From: a virus
Lineage: Duplodnaviria; Caudoviricetes
Reading direction: 5' to 3' (one strand)
Virus record (IMG/VR): IMGVR_UViG_3300023179_000112
Location: 1-61,768 of that record
DNA: 61,768 nt
The notes beneath the pieces were generated by a model. That model was not told the DNA's origin. It ran no database searches and saw nothing but the letters and a program-made list of their open reading frames with translations. The stretch's first letter is position 1, and each line of letters begins with the position of its first letter. The position numbers were made by a program, and so were the translations under genes. Positions 37,501-45,212 of the stretch are shown here, piece by piece.

Positions 37501-37752
37501 ACGGGAAGCTATACTGCGTTCACGAAGCGCTGCATCCTTTGCAGCTTGTTCGGCATCAAACAGACCAGCAACACCAGCGCGTATTCCTGAAACAAGGGAT
37601 TCAGCGCCCTTACCAATAGCACCTGTTATGCCACCTGACTTTGGGTAAAGATCGGGAAACTTTTCCCGCAGAAATATTTCTGCTTCTTCTTTTGGCGTTG
37701 AGTCAGCAAACTTCGCCTGTCTTCCGTCAGGTAAGGTAAGAAAATAAGCCAT
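28492..37752 (-). CDS. Giant polyvalent internal virion/ejection protein with zincin-like domain and LPD38-like C-terminus
   Basis: 3086 aa; coiled-coil middle; AHELIGHYG; C-terminal PFLNAQIQG, IPIPFEVG, SPIQLDYLVRGYFG. Confidence 0.75.
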   Translation of the reverse strand: MAYFLTLPDGRQAKFADSTPKEEAEIFLREKFPDLYPKSGGITGAIGKGAESLVSGIRAGVAGLFDAEQAAKDAALRERSIASRYANEVGLDQLSKRYAEEGLFGAGKELLSQSPSAIAGQIPQLGVSLGGAFTGARLGAMAGAPFGPVGVGVGATVGGALGKFAPSYLREFGSNLSRQAAEGKTINAADAAAAAAVQAGLETAADAFVLGKQLVGKLIGIPEKALNTVAGKAVADASLKRTLTTGAAKAALIEVPTEVTQSMLERLQAGLSLTSDDAFKEYGEAAYQTFLAAPAFGAAAKYQERSFEREKIQQEKVKQQQEAAEKEAALKKTPEYAQALNQERVTLRDEIIQIQQAISGKALTPEQEFDAKARIDEIKARMREIAADIKENVPQAQRTFADIMRERKEQEEAKGRPVVDEFGNIVPGLYQPRSEVDIAAQQAEAYDRMARMPQALLSRALQDWNDPVMGGKIKKKYPTFHAYTNALNDQRLEEEARQKAAQEAKDKETEELTAKLRADEIARRQAEFDKREKEQAKIEEERRREQLRLSLTDAEIKKAQNDFKKNPALKALYSSIEEYAIEQKQDTTLLGFPTIYVNELEEADAQYIKQLKEQGKDAGTQRQQQLELEGFEAGVDTVTRRLENPRMVVKALGLPDAQQLDETDIEADLGYNLGLGRITKTIAKALGLPVTPFSRIVGGRNVNELAGNVSIRSIVQDRINNLEAQQKTLLTNDVDLLKPDGSSQLNEQGLLALRREAQLQTLRQYLEIPEVKPETEEGIAGALAASAIQKTEKPVITPTKVTAPRSDIEDRINALEKQKQYARETRDEEQLANINKQLEELREQRFAATNDPKFLKDQAFQDFVDYTLDAATRLKRPATALGVEKRINRLEKYKAAAKSKGRDDLVRQIDKELAKLQETESVLPLAKTREQKTEQITQRYVDALLQQIANARDANGQRGLNQQEVDEITKQTRELLSEYSNRMQALSFAQIRDNLDQVTEKRVVADPKNLLQLTRLQNELKLIANAMTRPGADTDTLQQRFSQRVNFFLKQLAAPARTRVVDILTTPTFDTRKTEERPFADPRTATALIQDQLEEVADKFSKVEARPRTRKEEAFTLRAGSEELNRLRNQSAVASFEAKQQTIKNELETLRLRLNANNMGLNSQLEQALAQFESIDKPSEELVNVVLEQVNRIVSGLDTPFDTDNPDLKAEKPRFASLPIRSAKEQKQANRAWYDKNRQDLKDKQQEILEARAALDRDIADGIKALQKSITPEERAKLITPDQIKEREAAIEKLRTELKDLAAAKPPAGPTIRYNLGQAELLPKIKELLKRETEVTSLEQQLELFEEEPRVFIRSTPEILLASSRIINGIKNIFRGQQVEGLRSLINNATEAVQNQTTITLQTLAEVRRSITGLNGIVIKIEDFVKGVNELKNNVAPLEKQVQQLEKQIQNTKKQLEESQNKLSGTEGVVAEGYAESVILLNTKLKKLEADHSDALSIMHQAQIAFNEFVKKGPVELTEQEISLKAALDERVVQERQKLDKLKERLAELKQNPKAERNIGEEKNQQSAQDKQRALVAQLEAARKELADAADRNKRIKETRLAAMDGIVSLNEAFYTINNRYKIIPASRRVTTPKLQATVLLPVTSTEAELNIRIKALKKARNIAEKNNTLVKIGTTKTDRLTIINQQIAAVEQQIQDIRNQDAFVKANEKAIIEYRKKIKELNKQLENTSNPKAIEKITAQISTLETRVNEAIEKKNINNMSNESLNEIRGGTIYQEDYTDKRTVLIKEEPLWLKEQRNIEKNYQAAVERLAKKYKVSDEGVEEKIQLFIDKRSEELRNAPSEDTKGRSKLEGEIKELRKDLATLQGDVVLLTDPEIYRVVNATQQTEITPAGKLKVVGEQLKTQRLKPLKGGGADQRLATEKTPDLDTLEREKRAKNGAKSAAARNAQAGITSTSQNVEEFENTAIFPTSLGPTSFRIEEVADSVVDLKEARQKIEQVKANLPKGVKLVYAETLFDAPKNFIRALMQQGMDEETAKVRGGVMPDGTVVIIGVNHGNMLDLETTIAHELIGHYGVDIILGERGLDDLVFRVDSQPGGVIGLAKEMGVHDEVYGTILNLQRVGTSIIGQQRAAIRELIAHVEEARATESTVAAVKRFVQEMIGALRQVLRDVLGLGRYSALKPADIYYLLSRSRRVIKSGTPGAYRDADGQVVFRRSKDAFPSNMPANYATVINQITGSPPSTFDKIFGGNTGMTFRTKYIDRFDPLERIAAQMKDSLAATQMMSYLRMHDQRNNFTAEVVNNGALILEKKKRADGREEFIVRSGGTVSLKDVAAALKEVPDMGVDSANKMFTSWMAAIRAERVGLDTLNFDPSVKLSDLVGLKRYVESQPEIKKAFDKARTLYNEYNRNLVKFAVQTGAISKIDEDRLLRTNDYIPFYRVQNGTVQLMLGGEISPIRIGNLKDQPYLDQLVGGNTKILDFFTSSVQNTNMFVDFAMRNLATKNVAYTLRSLGTSAMPVAKIGKGDGPAGANVIRFKERGEPMYAVIDTETLGVPADLLVKGLEGVSATIPQVVKLFNIPSRVLRLFITRNPLYAFRQLFRDSMSAALTTGGNFTPVLSSLKELRKMRQGKSESEKELRERGVLGGQVFTGTSEDLSLILRDIASGKEGWATKLAKLDTLAIQGDASTRVVLYNSFIKQGMSEMEATLATLESMNFNRRGLSPSVMMLSMMVPFLNAQIQGLDVLYRSGFAGKMPFDQQLKVRKKFWTRGMMLAGMTVLYAAMMQDDEAYKNANPDEKYNNFFVYIPGFSEPFRIPIPFEVGVLFKALPEMIVHLADGKAEVGQVFPALKSILGNTMPGLIPQAIKPALEVATNYSFFSGRGIESEREEALIPSQRMRSNTSEVAKMLSSLTSFTVGGKEYGLSPIQLDYLVRGYFGPLGLAISSMGNTVLEKPGKADPEMRASDMPIVGGLFQPRDAQGLINYAYQVVSNIEQRQRTYKELTRRGDASDVQEFVKENRQILGLASSAGSFRQQMGEYAQMERDVRERKDMSPQQKRETLDRIRQARIGYAQKFIAATAENRRQVSR

Positions 37753-37761
37753 TGCGCTACC

Positions 37762-39645
37762 TTATTTTAGACCGCCAGTGAAATCAAGAGTTTCTGTATC
37801 TGCGCCTTTTCCAGTACTTGAAGCTTTCCATTCTTCATAAGTTGGTTTTTGTTTGTTCATAGTTTCATATGTAGTGCCCCACTTTAGCATTGCAGCGTCA
37901 TACGCTTTACGTAATTGCGACTCGGTGACATTTCCTTTATTTGGGTCAAGTTTAGATGCACCCATTGCCGTCAAAGCATCTTTAGCCGCTTGAATACGTT
38001 TGGAGTCGCCTGAATTAAACGCTGCCAATATTTGATTGTAAAAGCTAACCTCTCTAGGCTGCAAGCTAGCTTTAAGACGTTCAAGCGCAACTTTGCTATC
38101 GTAATCAAGTTGAGCCGTAACCGCTTTTTCAGCAACAGCGCGTTCGTAATCTTGTTTTTTATCTTCTCTGCTAAGCGATGCGGTAATGCCTTTTTCTTTT
38201 ATACCTAATGCCTGCGTCTCACGCGTTGCGGCTCTATCTGCAAGCGTTTGCGCCCTGTCTTCTGCTGCTTGAGCTTCTGCTCTTTGCCCACGTTTTTCAA
38301 GCATGTCGGCTTTAGCAAATTCTTCTTCGGCACGTGCGGCATATAAAATAGCTTCTCGTTTACGTTTTTCGTATTCAGCTTGTTGACCCGTTACACCTTT
38401 AGCAGCACCCAATAATACGTCTGCTACTCTTGCACCTCTTCCCGGCAAACCTGAAATAATACCGGATAAGATGTCAGGCTTTTCCCCTTCAAGTGAAGAA
38501 CGTATTTTTTCCATACGTTCACCACGCCCTTTAGTATAGTCGGTATATTCAGCCTGCATTGCATCTGTTATTTTTTTACGCGCTTCTTCTTTTTGAGCAT
38601 CAGTCAAATTTGACCTGTTAATAGCAGCATACTGTTCATTTAAATTGGCTTGATACTCACTCATTATTCGCTGTTGTTCGTCAGACTCTCCACGCACAGA
38701 ACCTAACCCTCTACGAATGCGCCCTTCAATATCAAGTCCCGCTACACCAGAAGGAGTGGTTGTTTTGCTAGATTCTTTTCGACCAGTGTCTTCTTTCTTT
38801 TTTGTTTCCGGTTCTACTGTATTAACACTAGCTTGACTAGGCGTTGTCATTCTACTAAACAAATCTTTGCTAAAAGAATCTAAAGCCCGTCTTTGTTCCA
38901 TTGTTATTGGATTACGGCCTTCCATCTCAAGTTGTTTTATTCTGTTTGTTTTAGGGTCTACGTCATACCCTAATTGTTGTAATCGACGGCGCAAAATATA
39001 CGCATCGGGTGTGGTACCAAACGCCCCCGGTTTTAATAACTCGGCTTTTTCTTCCGGTTTAAGTAATTCTATTTGTCTAAGCAAATCAACTTTATTGTAT
39101 TCAGCTTTATTTCTAGGTGAACCATAAAATTTGTATTCTTGTTCTTCTAGTAAATTAGGAACATTAACTAAAGACGGGCCTTCTAGCCCATTAAATCGTT
39201 GCACTCTTCCACCATCATTAAACACAACCCCACCGTGCATAGCGGTAAACATGTTAGGGTTTACAGGAAGTTGAGCCACGCCCATAGCTTCACGGGCTTG
39301 AAGGTCTTGGGCTTTCTTTGCCATTAGTGCACCAATAACGCCAAGCTGTTGTTCTTTTTGTTGTGCTTGCTGCATAGCAGCGCGAGCTTGAGCTATTTCT
39401 GCGTCTTTTTGTTGAAAAATAGTGGGGCTGTTTTGCGGGTTGTTTTGCATCGCTGACTGGCGTGAGGCAGCTTGTCGTTGTGCGTTACGAATAGCTAGTT
39501 CATTAGCAGCCATTGGTGGCGGCACTTGTCCTGTAGGCTGTTGACCTTGCGCGTACTGCTGCAACCGCTGATCGGGAAACCGAGCGGGGTTTTGTAGCGC
39601 AGCTTGTACTTGGGGGCCACCGGAAGGGAAAGGTATTTGTGCCAT
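37762..39645 (-). CDS. Putative internal virion (ejection) protein
   Basis: Gln/Ala-rich, helical; upstream of giant protein. Confidence 0.55.
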   Translation of the reverse strand: MAQIPFPSGGPQVQAALQNPARFPDQRLQQYAQGQQPTGQVPPPMAANELAIRNAQRQAASRQSAMQNNPQNSPTIFQQKDAEIAQARAAMQQAQQKEQQLGVIGALMAKKAQDLQAREAMGVAQLPVNPNMFTAMHGGVVFNDGGRVQRFNGLEGPSLVNVPNLLEEQEYKFYGSPRNKAEYNKVDLLRQIELLKPEEKAELLKPGAFGTTPDAYILRRRLQQLGYDVDPKTNRIKQLEMEGRNPITMEQRRALDSFSKDLFSRMTTPSQASVNTVEPETKKKEDTGRKESSKTTTPSGVAGLDIEGRIRRGLGSVRGESDEQQRIMSEYQANLNEQYAAINRSNLTDAQKEEARKKITDAMQAEYTDYTKGRGERMEKIRSSLEGEKPDILSGIISGLPGRGARVADVLLGAAKGVTGQQAEYEKRKREAILYAARAEEEFAKADMLEKRGQRAEAQAAEDRAQTLADRAATRETQALGIKEKGITASLSREDKKQDYERAVAEKAVTAQLDYDSKVALERLKASLQPREVSFYNQILAAFNSGDSKRIQAAKDALTAMGASKLDPNKGNVTESQLRKAYDAAMLKWGTTYETMNKQKPTYEEWKASSTGKGADTETLDFTGGLK

Positions 39646-39658
39646 ATTTATTTACCTG

Positions 39659-41812
39659 CTACTTAATACCAAGAATTTGTTTCAAAAGAGCAATAGAAGA
39701 AGCACCCCCTGAAAGTGCATCACCAATTAGACTTACGCCTGTATCACCTGCTTTCATAGGTAAATTACCAAGGACACCACTTAATGCTGTAAGTTCACGG
39801 AATGGATCAAGATATTTATCTCTTGCAACTTGGTAATCGTAAGTTCGTTGGGATTCAATTCCTTTGGCAGCTTCTTCAAATTGACGTTGCAATAAATTGG
39901 CTGAAAATTCATCGCCCCGCGCTTTGGCTTCCTGAGCACGTTGTTGTAAATCACGCGCACGAGCTTGAGCATCTGATTCCGCTACAGCCGTAGAAAGTGC
40001 TTGTTGTGCAGCGGTTTGTTTAGATTGCTCTAATAATCTAGACGCATCAAGTCCTAAACGCCCTGCTGTTTCGGCAGAAGTTAGCGCCTGTTGTCCAGCG
40101 GCTTGTTTAGCTTGTTCAGTTGCTGTAGCTGCTTGTAATCCTAATTGGGCAGCAATTTCTTCAGCCCTAGTTTTTTGCCCATATCCAAACTGTTTGGCTT
40201 GTTCCGCAGCTTTAGAGGCTTCTAAAGCTAGTTCAGCTTTTTTCTGAGCATCAGCAAGGGCTTGCTGACCAGCGGCTTGTTTAGCTTGTTCAGTTGCTGT
40301 AGCTGCTTGTAATCCTAATTGAGCGCCAGTTGTTTCTCCACGTAATCCTATATCAGCACCAAACTGTTTAGATTGTTCCGTTGCTTTAGCTGCTTCAAGC
40401 CCTAGTTGAGCAGCAACTTCCTCTGCTCGTGTTTTCTGCCCAAACCCAAATTGTTTAGATTGTTCTTTAAGTTGTTCCGCAGCAATTCTGCGTTGTTGGT
40501 CTCTTTCAAACTGTTGTTGAGCATTAAGAAATGCTTCTTGCTGCCCTTTACCATAAATATCTCCAATTTGTGTAGCAAGATTTCTTCCAAGTTCTGCTTC
40601 AGCGATTGCGTTACGAGCGCCACCAAAAGCCCCCGCCTGTGTAAATTTTGCACCTTGGGTTTGCCTAGCAAGTTCTGCTTGACGTTTTGCTTCTCTTATT
40701 TGAGGATCAACAACTCCTGATATATAAGGCGACATATACTTATCCGCTTGTTCTGCACCAAATAATTCAGTAGCAAAATTAGAAGTTGTATAGTCTATAG
40801 GTTTTGTATATGCCGAACTAAGGGTGTTGCCAGTATAGGCTTGTGGTTTAGTAAACGTAGAAGAAACTGTCCCAGCTTTATAAATATCCGATGGAGATGA
40901 ATAAATTGAAGAAATATTAGTGGGGCTATACTCCGTGGGTTTTGTATAAGTTGAGGAAATTGTTCCAGCTTTATAAATGTTAGATGGTTCTGTGTAACCA
41001 GAACTAATACTTGTTGGGGCGGTATAAGTTGTAGTAGGAGTATTAAAGGTAGACCCTAATTCCCCTTCAGCAGTAAATGTTGGTGTAGTGTATACGGGGG
41101 GATTAACAGTTGAAGAATTTTGTGCTGCCGCACTTTTGTCATTACCAACTGTCCCTCCGACTTCATATTTTTGGGGTGTGCTTATCAAAGACATAATACC
41201 TGTGGGGTTAACTCTTCCCCCCGCAGCACCACCAGTAGCCGGAGCTGCAAACCCATACGATGGTTTGGTATATGTAGGTAAATTGGTTACAGCAGTTTTC
41301 CTCGACTTTTGCAATTCTTCGTATGCGGGGTTGGAATAGTTATACATGTCTTTATAGGTATCAGGCTTATCACGTAAAGCAATAAGACCTGAAAACCGTT
41401 CTAACATGTCCTCAACAAAAGGCACATAAGGTTGACGTACCCCTGTATTTTCACCGGCAAAATCAATTCCAGTACCACCAACCACTGTATTTTTACTAGC
41501 ACCCACAGGCGTTGTTTGTTTACTAGCGTTAAGCTCAGGTAAAGTCATACCCTGCATTAATTTATTGTAATCTTCAATGGTATACCCCTTAGCACCCCCA
41601 GCTTCATAAGCTTTTTGAATAACCAAAGGCACTAAATCTTTTGATATCCCTAAATCTTCGGCCCTAGCGTAAATATCTTTTAACTCATCCGGAGAAATTT
41701 GATCAGTACCGGCAAAGTAAAGATTTGTTAAATATTTACGTATTTGTTCAAATTCGTAGGGGCCAAAACTTGAAATATCTTTTTCGGTTTGTATGTTGTA
41801 GGGTTTAGCCAC
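39659..41812 (-). CDS. Putative DNA-ejection/pilot protein with internal repeats
   Basis: YMSPY..AGAFGG..R pattern, ~29-aa AQLGL repeats, Thr/Ser-rich repeats; start uncertain (GTG 41812). Confidence 0.6.
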   Translation of the reverse strand: MAKPYNIQTEKDISSFGPYEFEQIRKYLTNLYFAGTDQISPDELKDIYARAEDLGISKDLVPLVIQKAYEAGGAKGYTIEDYNKLMQGMTLPELNASKQTTPVGASKNTVVGGTGIDFAGENTGVRQPYVPFVEDMLERFSGLIALRDKPDTYKDMYNYSNPAYEELQKSRKTAVTNLPTYTKPSYGFAAPATGGAAGGRVNPTGIMSLISTPQKYEVGGTVGNDKSAAAQNSSTVNPPVYTTPTFTAEGELGSTFNTPTTTYTAPTSISSGYTEPSNIYKAGTISSTYTKPTEYSPTNISSIYSSPSDIYKAGTVSSTFTKPQAYTGNTLSSAYTKPIDYTTSNFATELFGAEQADKYMSPYISGVVDPQIREAKRQAELARQTQGAKFTQAGAFGGARNAIAEAELGRNLATQIGDIYGKGQQEAFLNAQQQFERDQQRRIAAEQLKEQSKQFGFGQKTRAEEVAAQLGLEAAKATEQSKQFGADIGLRGETTGAQLGLQAATATEQAKQAAGQQALADAQKKAELALEASKAAEQAKQFGYGQKTRAEEIAAQLGLQAATATEQAKQAAGQQALTSAETAGRLGLDASRLLEQSKQTAAQQALSTAVAESDAQARARDLQQRAQEAKARGDEFSANLLQRQFEEAAKGIESQRTYDYQVARDKYLDPFRELTALSGVLGNLPMKAGDTGVSLIGDALSGGASSIALLKQILGIK
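40095..40321. repeat. 53-bp perfect direct repeat (40095-40147, 40269-40321)
   Basis: Identical sequence with 174-nt period. Confidence 0.85.
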
Positions 41813-43493
41813 GATTGAAATACCCCTTATCATAAAAATCAAAATTGTATGGGTTGTCTAAACTATATTTATTTTTTATTCGGGGGTCATTACTTTCTCT
41901 TAAACCTTTGGCAATTTTTTTATCATCTTGAATTGGGTCTAAATTATTAAGTCTTGCATATTGAAAATATGGCACTAAATCTAATGCAGTTTGTAAATTT
42001 TTCTTTGGGTCTTTATCTACGTATCCTAAAAATGATGCGTCAATAATATCGCTTACACCGCGTCCGGGCATGTAAGAAATAACACTAGGTAAAGTTGCAT
42101 AAGGCAAAACTGGATTTTCAGAAGCCGTTACATAAGCTTTATCGTAATCTGGCACTCCCCCCAACCCACTTTCATACGCTGATTGAGCACCTGATGTATC
42201 CCAATAATATTTCGCCTTAAGTTGGTCCATCACATTCCCAATTTGATCGCGGGGCATCGCTGAATAAGCTTTTTCGATAAGTTTGAGTTCGCCTGTGGGG
42301 TCTTCTGCAAGCAAGTTGGCTCTGACAGATTCGTCTAATGTATTGCTGGCGGGTCTTAAAAACAACTCGTTGTTTTGAGTTGTGTATTTAAAAGCGTTGG
42401 GGTTGTAGTTGAAAGGGTCGTCGTCATTGTCAGGTATCCCTTGGCGGTCAACCCCCCCTTCATAATTGGCGCGGGTTAGCTTTCTGCCATATTGATCCGC
42501 AACCGTGCCGCCTTCTGCAAAACTAGCAAGTCCACCGGTAAATTTTTTAGCATCAATCTGTTTACCTTGTTTAGTGGTTCCGGTTCGTGCGGCACGAACA
42601 TCATCCATCATTTTATATAGGCGCTTAGCCCCAGCGTTTGAATTGCCATTACCCAAGTGGCTAACAACGTCGGCAGGGATCACAAATTCGCCGTCACTTA
42701 GCGCAGCGGGGCGTCTACCATCAATATGTGCGGGTACTTTATCTTCCATGCCATCTGTAGACCCGTCAAGATAACGACCCTTTGCCATATCTAAAGACAT
42801 TATTCCACCTTCAGCAGCTTTTGTATAATACGTACCTCCCGGTGCTCTTACAGCTTGCCGAGCACCTCCAACAGCAGCGGCGCCACCCATAGCGTCTTTT
42901 CTTGCTTGTTGGGCATCATCATAACTTGCCTTTGCTCCTAATAATCCTGCTCCCCCCAAGAGTAAGTTTTTAAGCGTATCTTCACTGAGTCCAAGAGCGT
43001 CTGCTAATTGTTTAAGGATAGAAGAACTTTTGTTTCCATCAGGGGGGGTAGTAAGTTCCACACCGGCTTTTTTTGCGGCATCATCCCATTCTTTAACACC
43101 GGATTTAATACCCTCGCCGGGAAATCCAGCACCTTCTGCACCGGTTTTACTCTTATCAAATACAGTTGTATCATCTTCAACCCTATCTAGAGGATCTGTT
43201 TTACTCTTATCAAATACAGTTGTATCATCTTCAACCCTATTAGAAGATAATATACCCTGTAAAACTTTATAATCTTCAGGAAATAATTTAGCAAAACCAC
43301 TTAAAAGTTCTGGGTCGTTAATTAAATCATCTAATTGACCAATCATATTACCTTGATTTAATTGTGGTGAATCAAGGTTAAAATTAAATAAATCAGTATT
43401 AATACCAAGTCTGCCTAAATCTTCAAGATTATAAGCGCCCCGATTTGCCCCACTAAGATAATCTAAAAACTCGTCATCATTATAAATACTCAT
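41805..43493 (-). CDS. Putative internal virion protein
   Basis: GSTDGMEDKVPA..LSDGEFVIPADVVSHLGNG domain; GGAGG RBS before ATG 43493. Confidence 0.6.
   Translation of the reverse strand: MSIYNDDEFLDYLSGANRGAYNLEDLGRLGINTDLFNFNLDSPQLNQGNMIGQLDDLINDPELLSGFAKLFPEDYKVLQGILSSNRVEDDTTVFDKSKTDPLDRVEDDTTVFDKSKTGAEGAGFPGEGIKSGVKEWDDAAKKAGVELTTPPDGNKSSSILKQLADALGLSEDTLKNLLLGGAGLLGAKASYDDAQQARKDAMGGAAAVGGARQAVRAPGGTYYTKAAEGGIMSLDMAKGRYLDGSTDGMEDKVPAHIDGRRPAALSDGEFVIPADVVSHLGNGNSNAGAKRLYKMMDDVRAARTGTTKQGKQIDAKKFTGGLASFAEGGTVADQYGRKLTRANYEGGVDRQGIPDNDDDPFNYNPNAFKYTTQNNELFLRPASNTLDESVRANLLAEDPTGELKLIEKAYSAMPRDQIGNVMDQLKAKYYWDTSGAQSAYESGLGGVPDYDKAYVTASENPVLPYATLPSVISYMPGRGVSDIIDASFLGYVDKDPKKNLQTALDLVPYFQYARLNNLDPIQDDKKIAKGLRESNDPRIKNKYSLDNPYNFDFYDKGYFNRG
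43144..43240. repeat. 43-bp perfect direct repeat (43144-43186, 43198-43240)
   Basis: Encodes RVEDDTTVFDKSKT twice. Confidence 0.9.
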
Positions 43494-43494
43494 T

Positions 43495-44571
43495 TTAACC
43501 TCCCGGCTTGCGCCGTGTTGCAATCATCGGCGCAGCAAATTTGTAAAATTTCATCATGGCAGCTTGTTGTTTAGGATCAATCCCTAATGCTTTACCACCT
43601 TCAGTGGTAATTTGGTTTAACAAATAGTTAGTTGCAGCACCCTTAGCTGCTTGCCCTAAATCAAACGGACGACCTGTTAATAGCGATGTTACACCGGAAG
43701 TGGCTAGAGATTTAACTGGTGCTGCAAGCTGACCCAAAGACTGATTTAACCCCGTCATGTTTCCTAGCGCATCAACGCCTGACCCAACAAGACTAGCACC
43801 TGCACCTGACTTAAAACCTTTGCCAAAACTTTGTCCTGTTAATGAACCTATACCACCCTGTAGTACGCCAGACACAAGAGCATTAGCTCCAACATTGGCT
43901 AGCGCACCACCACCTAAAGCCCCAGCTATACTGCCTGATACATTTCCTAATAACCCACCGATACCGCCAAAAGGAAGAGAAGCAATAGAAGCAATTTTTA
44001 ACGCATTTGCTACATTTTGGGCATCAGGATGTTCACCTTTGTAATAGGATGGGTCACCTACAGGAATAAGTTTATCGCCCTTGGGGATATAGGCTTGCGC
44101 CATGCGCTCGCGCTCAGTACCGCCCGTTTTACCGCCCATGTATATAACAACGTTTCCAGAATTAAGTTCACCCGGAGTTAATTCATCCATGTTAACTTCA
44201 GTAGTGTTACCCTTTTCATCTTTCTTGTAGGCTTTAGTAAATGTGGACTTATGGCCTAACTGTTCACCAAACTTCTCACGAAACAAGTCACTAGCGGTTT
44301 TAGCTTGCTCTTCTTCTGTTGGGGCTTCTTCCCCGCCCCCTTGGGATACCTGTACTGTTTTCTTACCAAAATCAGTCAGACCCGCAAACGGATTAGCAAG
44401 CGTTTCACCAGCAGTCCAACCCGTATCAGCCTTTGCACCTTTAGGAGTTGTGCCATACTGCGCGGCTCTTCCAGACAAATATTGATCCAGCGCCTGTTGC
44501 TGCGTAAAAGCCTGAAACTTTTGCAGTGCAGCTTGCTGTTCAGGAGTTAGCGTTTTAGCAGAAGTAGTCAC
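43495..44571 (-). CDS. Putative virion protein with Gly/Ala-rich hydrophobic C-terminal half
   Basis: Glycine-zipper-like segment; ejection-gene context. Confidence 0.55.
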   Translation of the reverse strand: MTTSAKTLTPEQQAALQKFQAFTQQQALDQYLSGRAAQYGTTPKGAKADTGWTAGETLANPFAGLTDFGKKTVQVSQGGGEEAPTEEEQAKTASDLFREKFGEQLGHKSTFTKAYKKDEKGNTTEVNMDELTPGELNSGNVVIYMGGKTGGTERERMAQAYIPKGDKLIPVGDPSYYKGEHPDAQNVANALKIASIASLPFGGIGGLLGNVSGSIAGALGGGALANVGANALVSGVLQGGIGSLTGQSFGKGFKSGAGASLVGSGVDALGNMTGLNQSLGQLAAPVKSLATSGVTSLLTGRPFDLGQAAKGAATNYLLNQITTEGGKALGIDPKQQAAMMKFYKFAAPMIATRRKPGG

Positions 44572-44573
44572 AA

Positions 44574-45212
44574 TTATTCAATCCCGGACACAAAAGTGGC
44601 AGTCAGTATGACCGATGGTATCGCAGGTCGGGTTGGAGAGGAAGGGGCTGTGTAGCTTTCAATTCTAGCACTTGTGTTTGTTGTGCACCAGTACAGTTGC
44701 AGGTAGTCGTTAGCTGTCATATCAACAATAAAGTTAAGTGCAGCAACGGTATGGTATGGGTCTCCCGGATTCTTACGGGCTGCTAAACCGAATCGGCTAT
44801 TGGAATTGGCAATGTCTGTGCCGTTTTTTCTAAACCATATGTCAATATCTTGTGGGGCGTTAGTATCATTAGTTAATTGGATACTAAACTGTATATTGTA
44901 GTAACCGGGATAAGTTACATAGATTTGAGAACTGCTTTGAACTCCCACCCCACTTGATATAGCCGTAGAATTAAAAGTTATGGGGTATGCTACTGTCGTT
45001 GAAGCAGCGGTTTGATCCGTTGTATCGTAAAAAGATCCAAGGGGCAATTGAACATATTGCCCACCGTAAGAACCAAACAGCGAAAGTAAATTGTTATTTA
45101 GTCGGTTGAAGTAAAGGCGTAGGACGTTATTAAATTGTTCCTGATAGCGCGAGTCATACTGCCCCGGCGCAAGGGGTAGGTTAGGTGAAGCAGGATGATT
45201 TATAAGACTCAT
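44574..45212 (-). CDS. Tail-associated protein (C1q/TNF-like beta domain)
   Basis: LRLYFN helix; GYYNIQFSIQ, IWFRKNG, PAIPSVI. Confidence 0.55.
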   Translation of the reverse strand: MSLINHPASPNLPLAPGQYDSRYQEQFNNVLRLYFNRLNNNLLSLFGSYGGQYVQLPLGSFYDTTDQTAASTTVAYPITFNSTAISSGVGVQSSSQIYVTYPGYYNIQFSIQLTNDTNAPQDIDIWFRKNGTDIANSNSRFGLAARKNPGDPYHTVAALNFIVDMTANDYLQLYWCTTNTSARIESYTAPSSPTRPAIPSVILTATFVSGIE

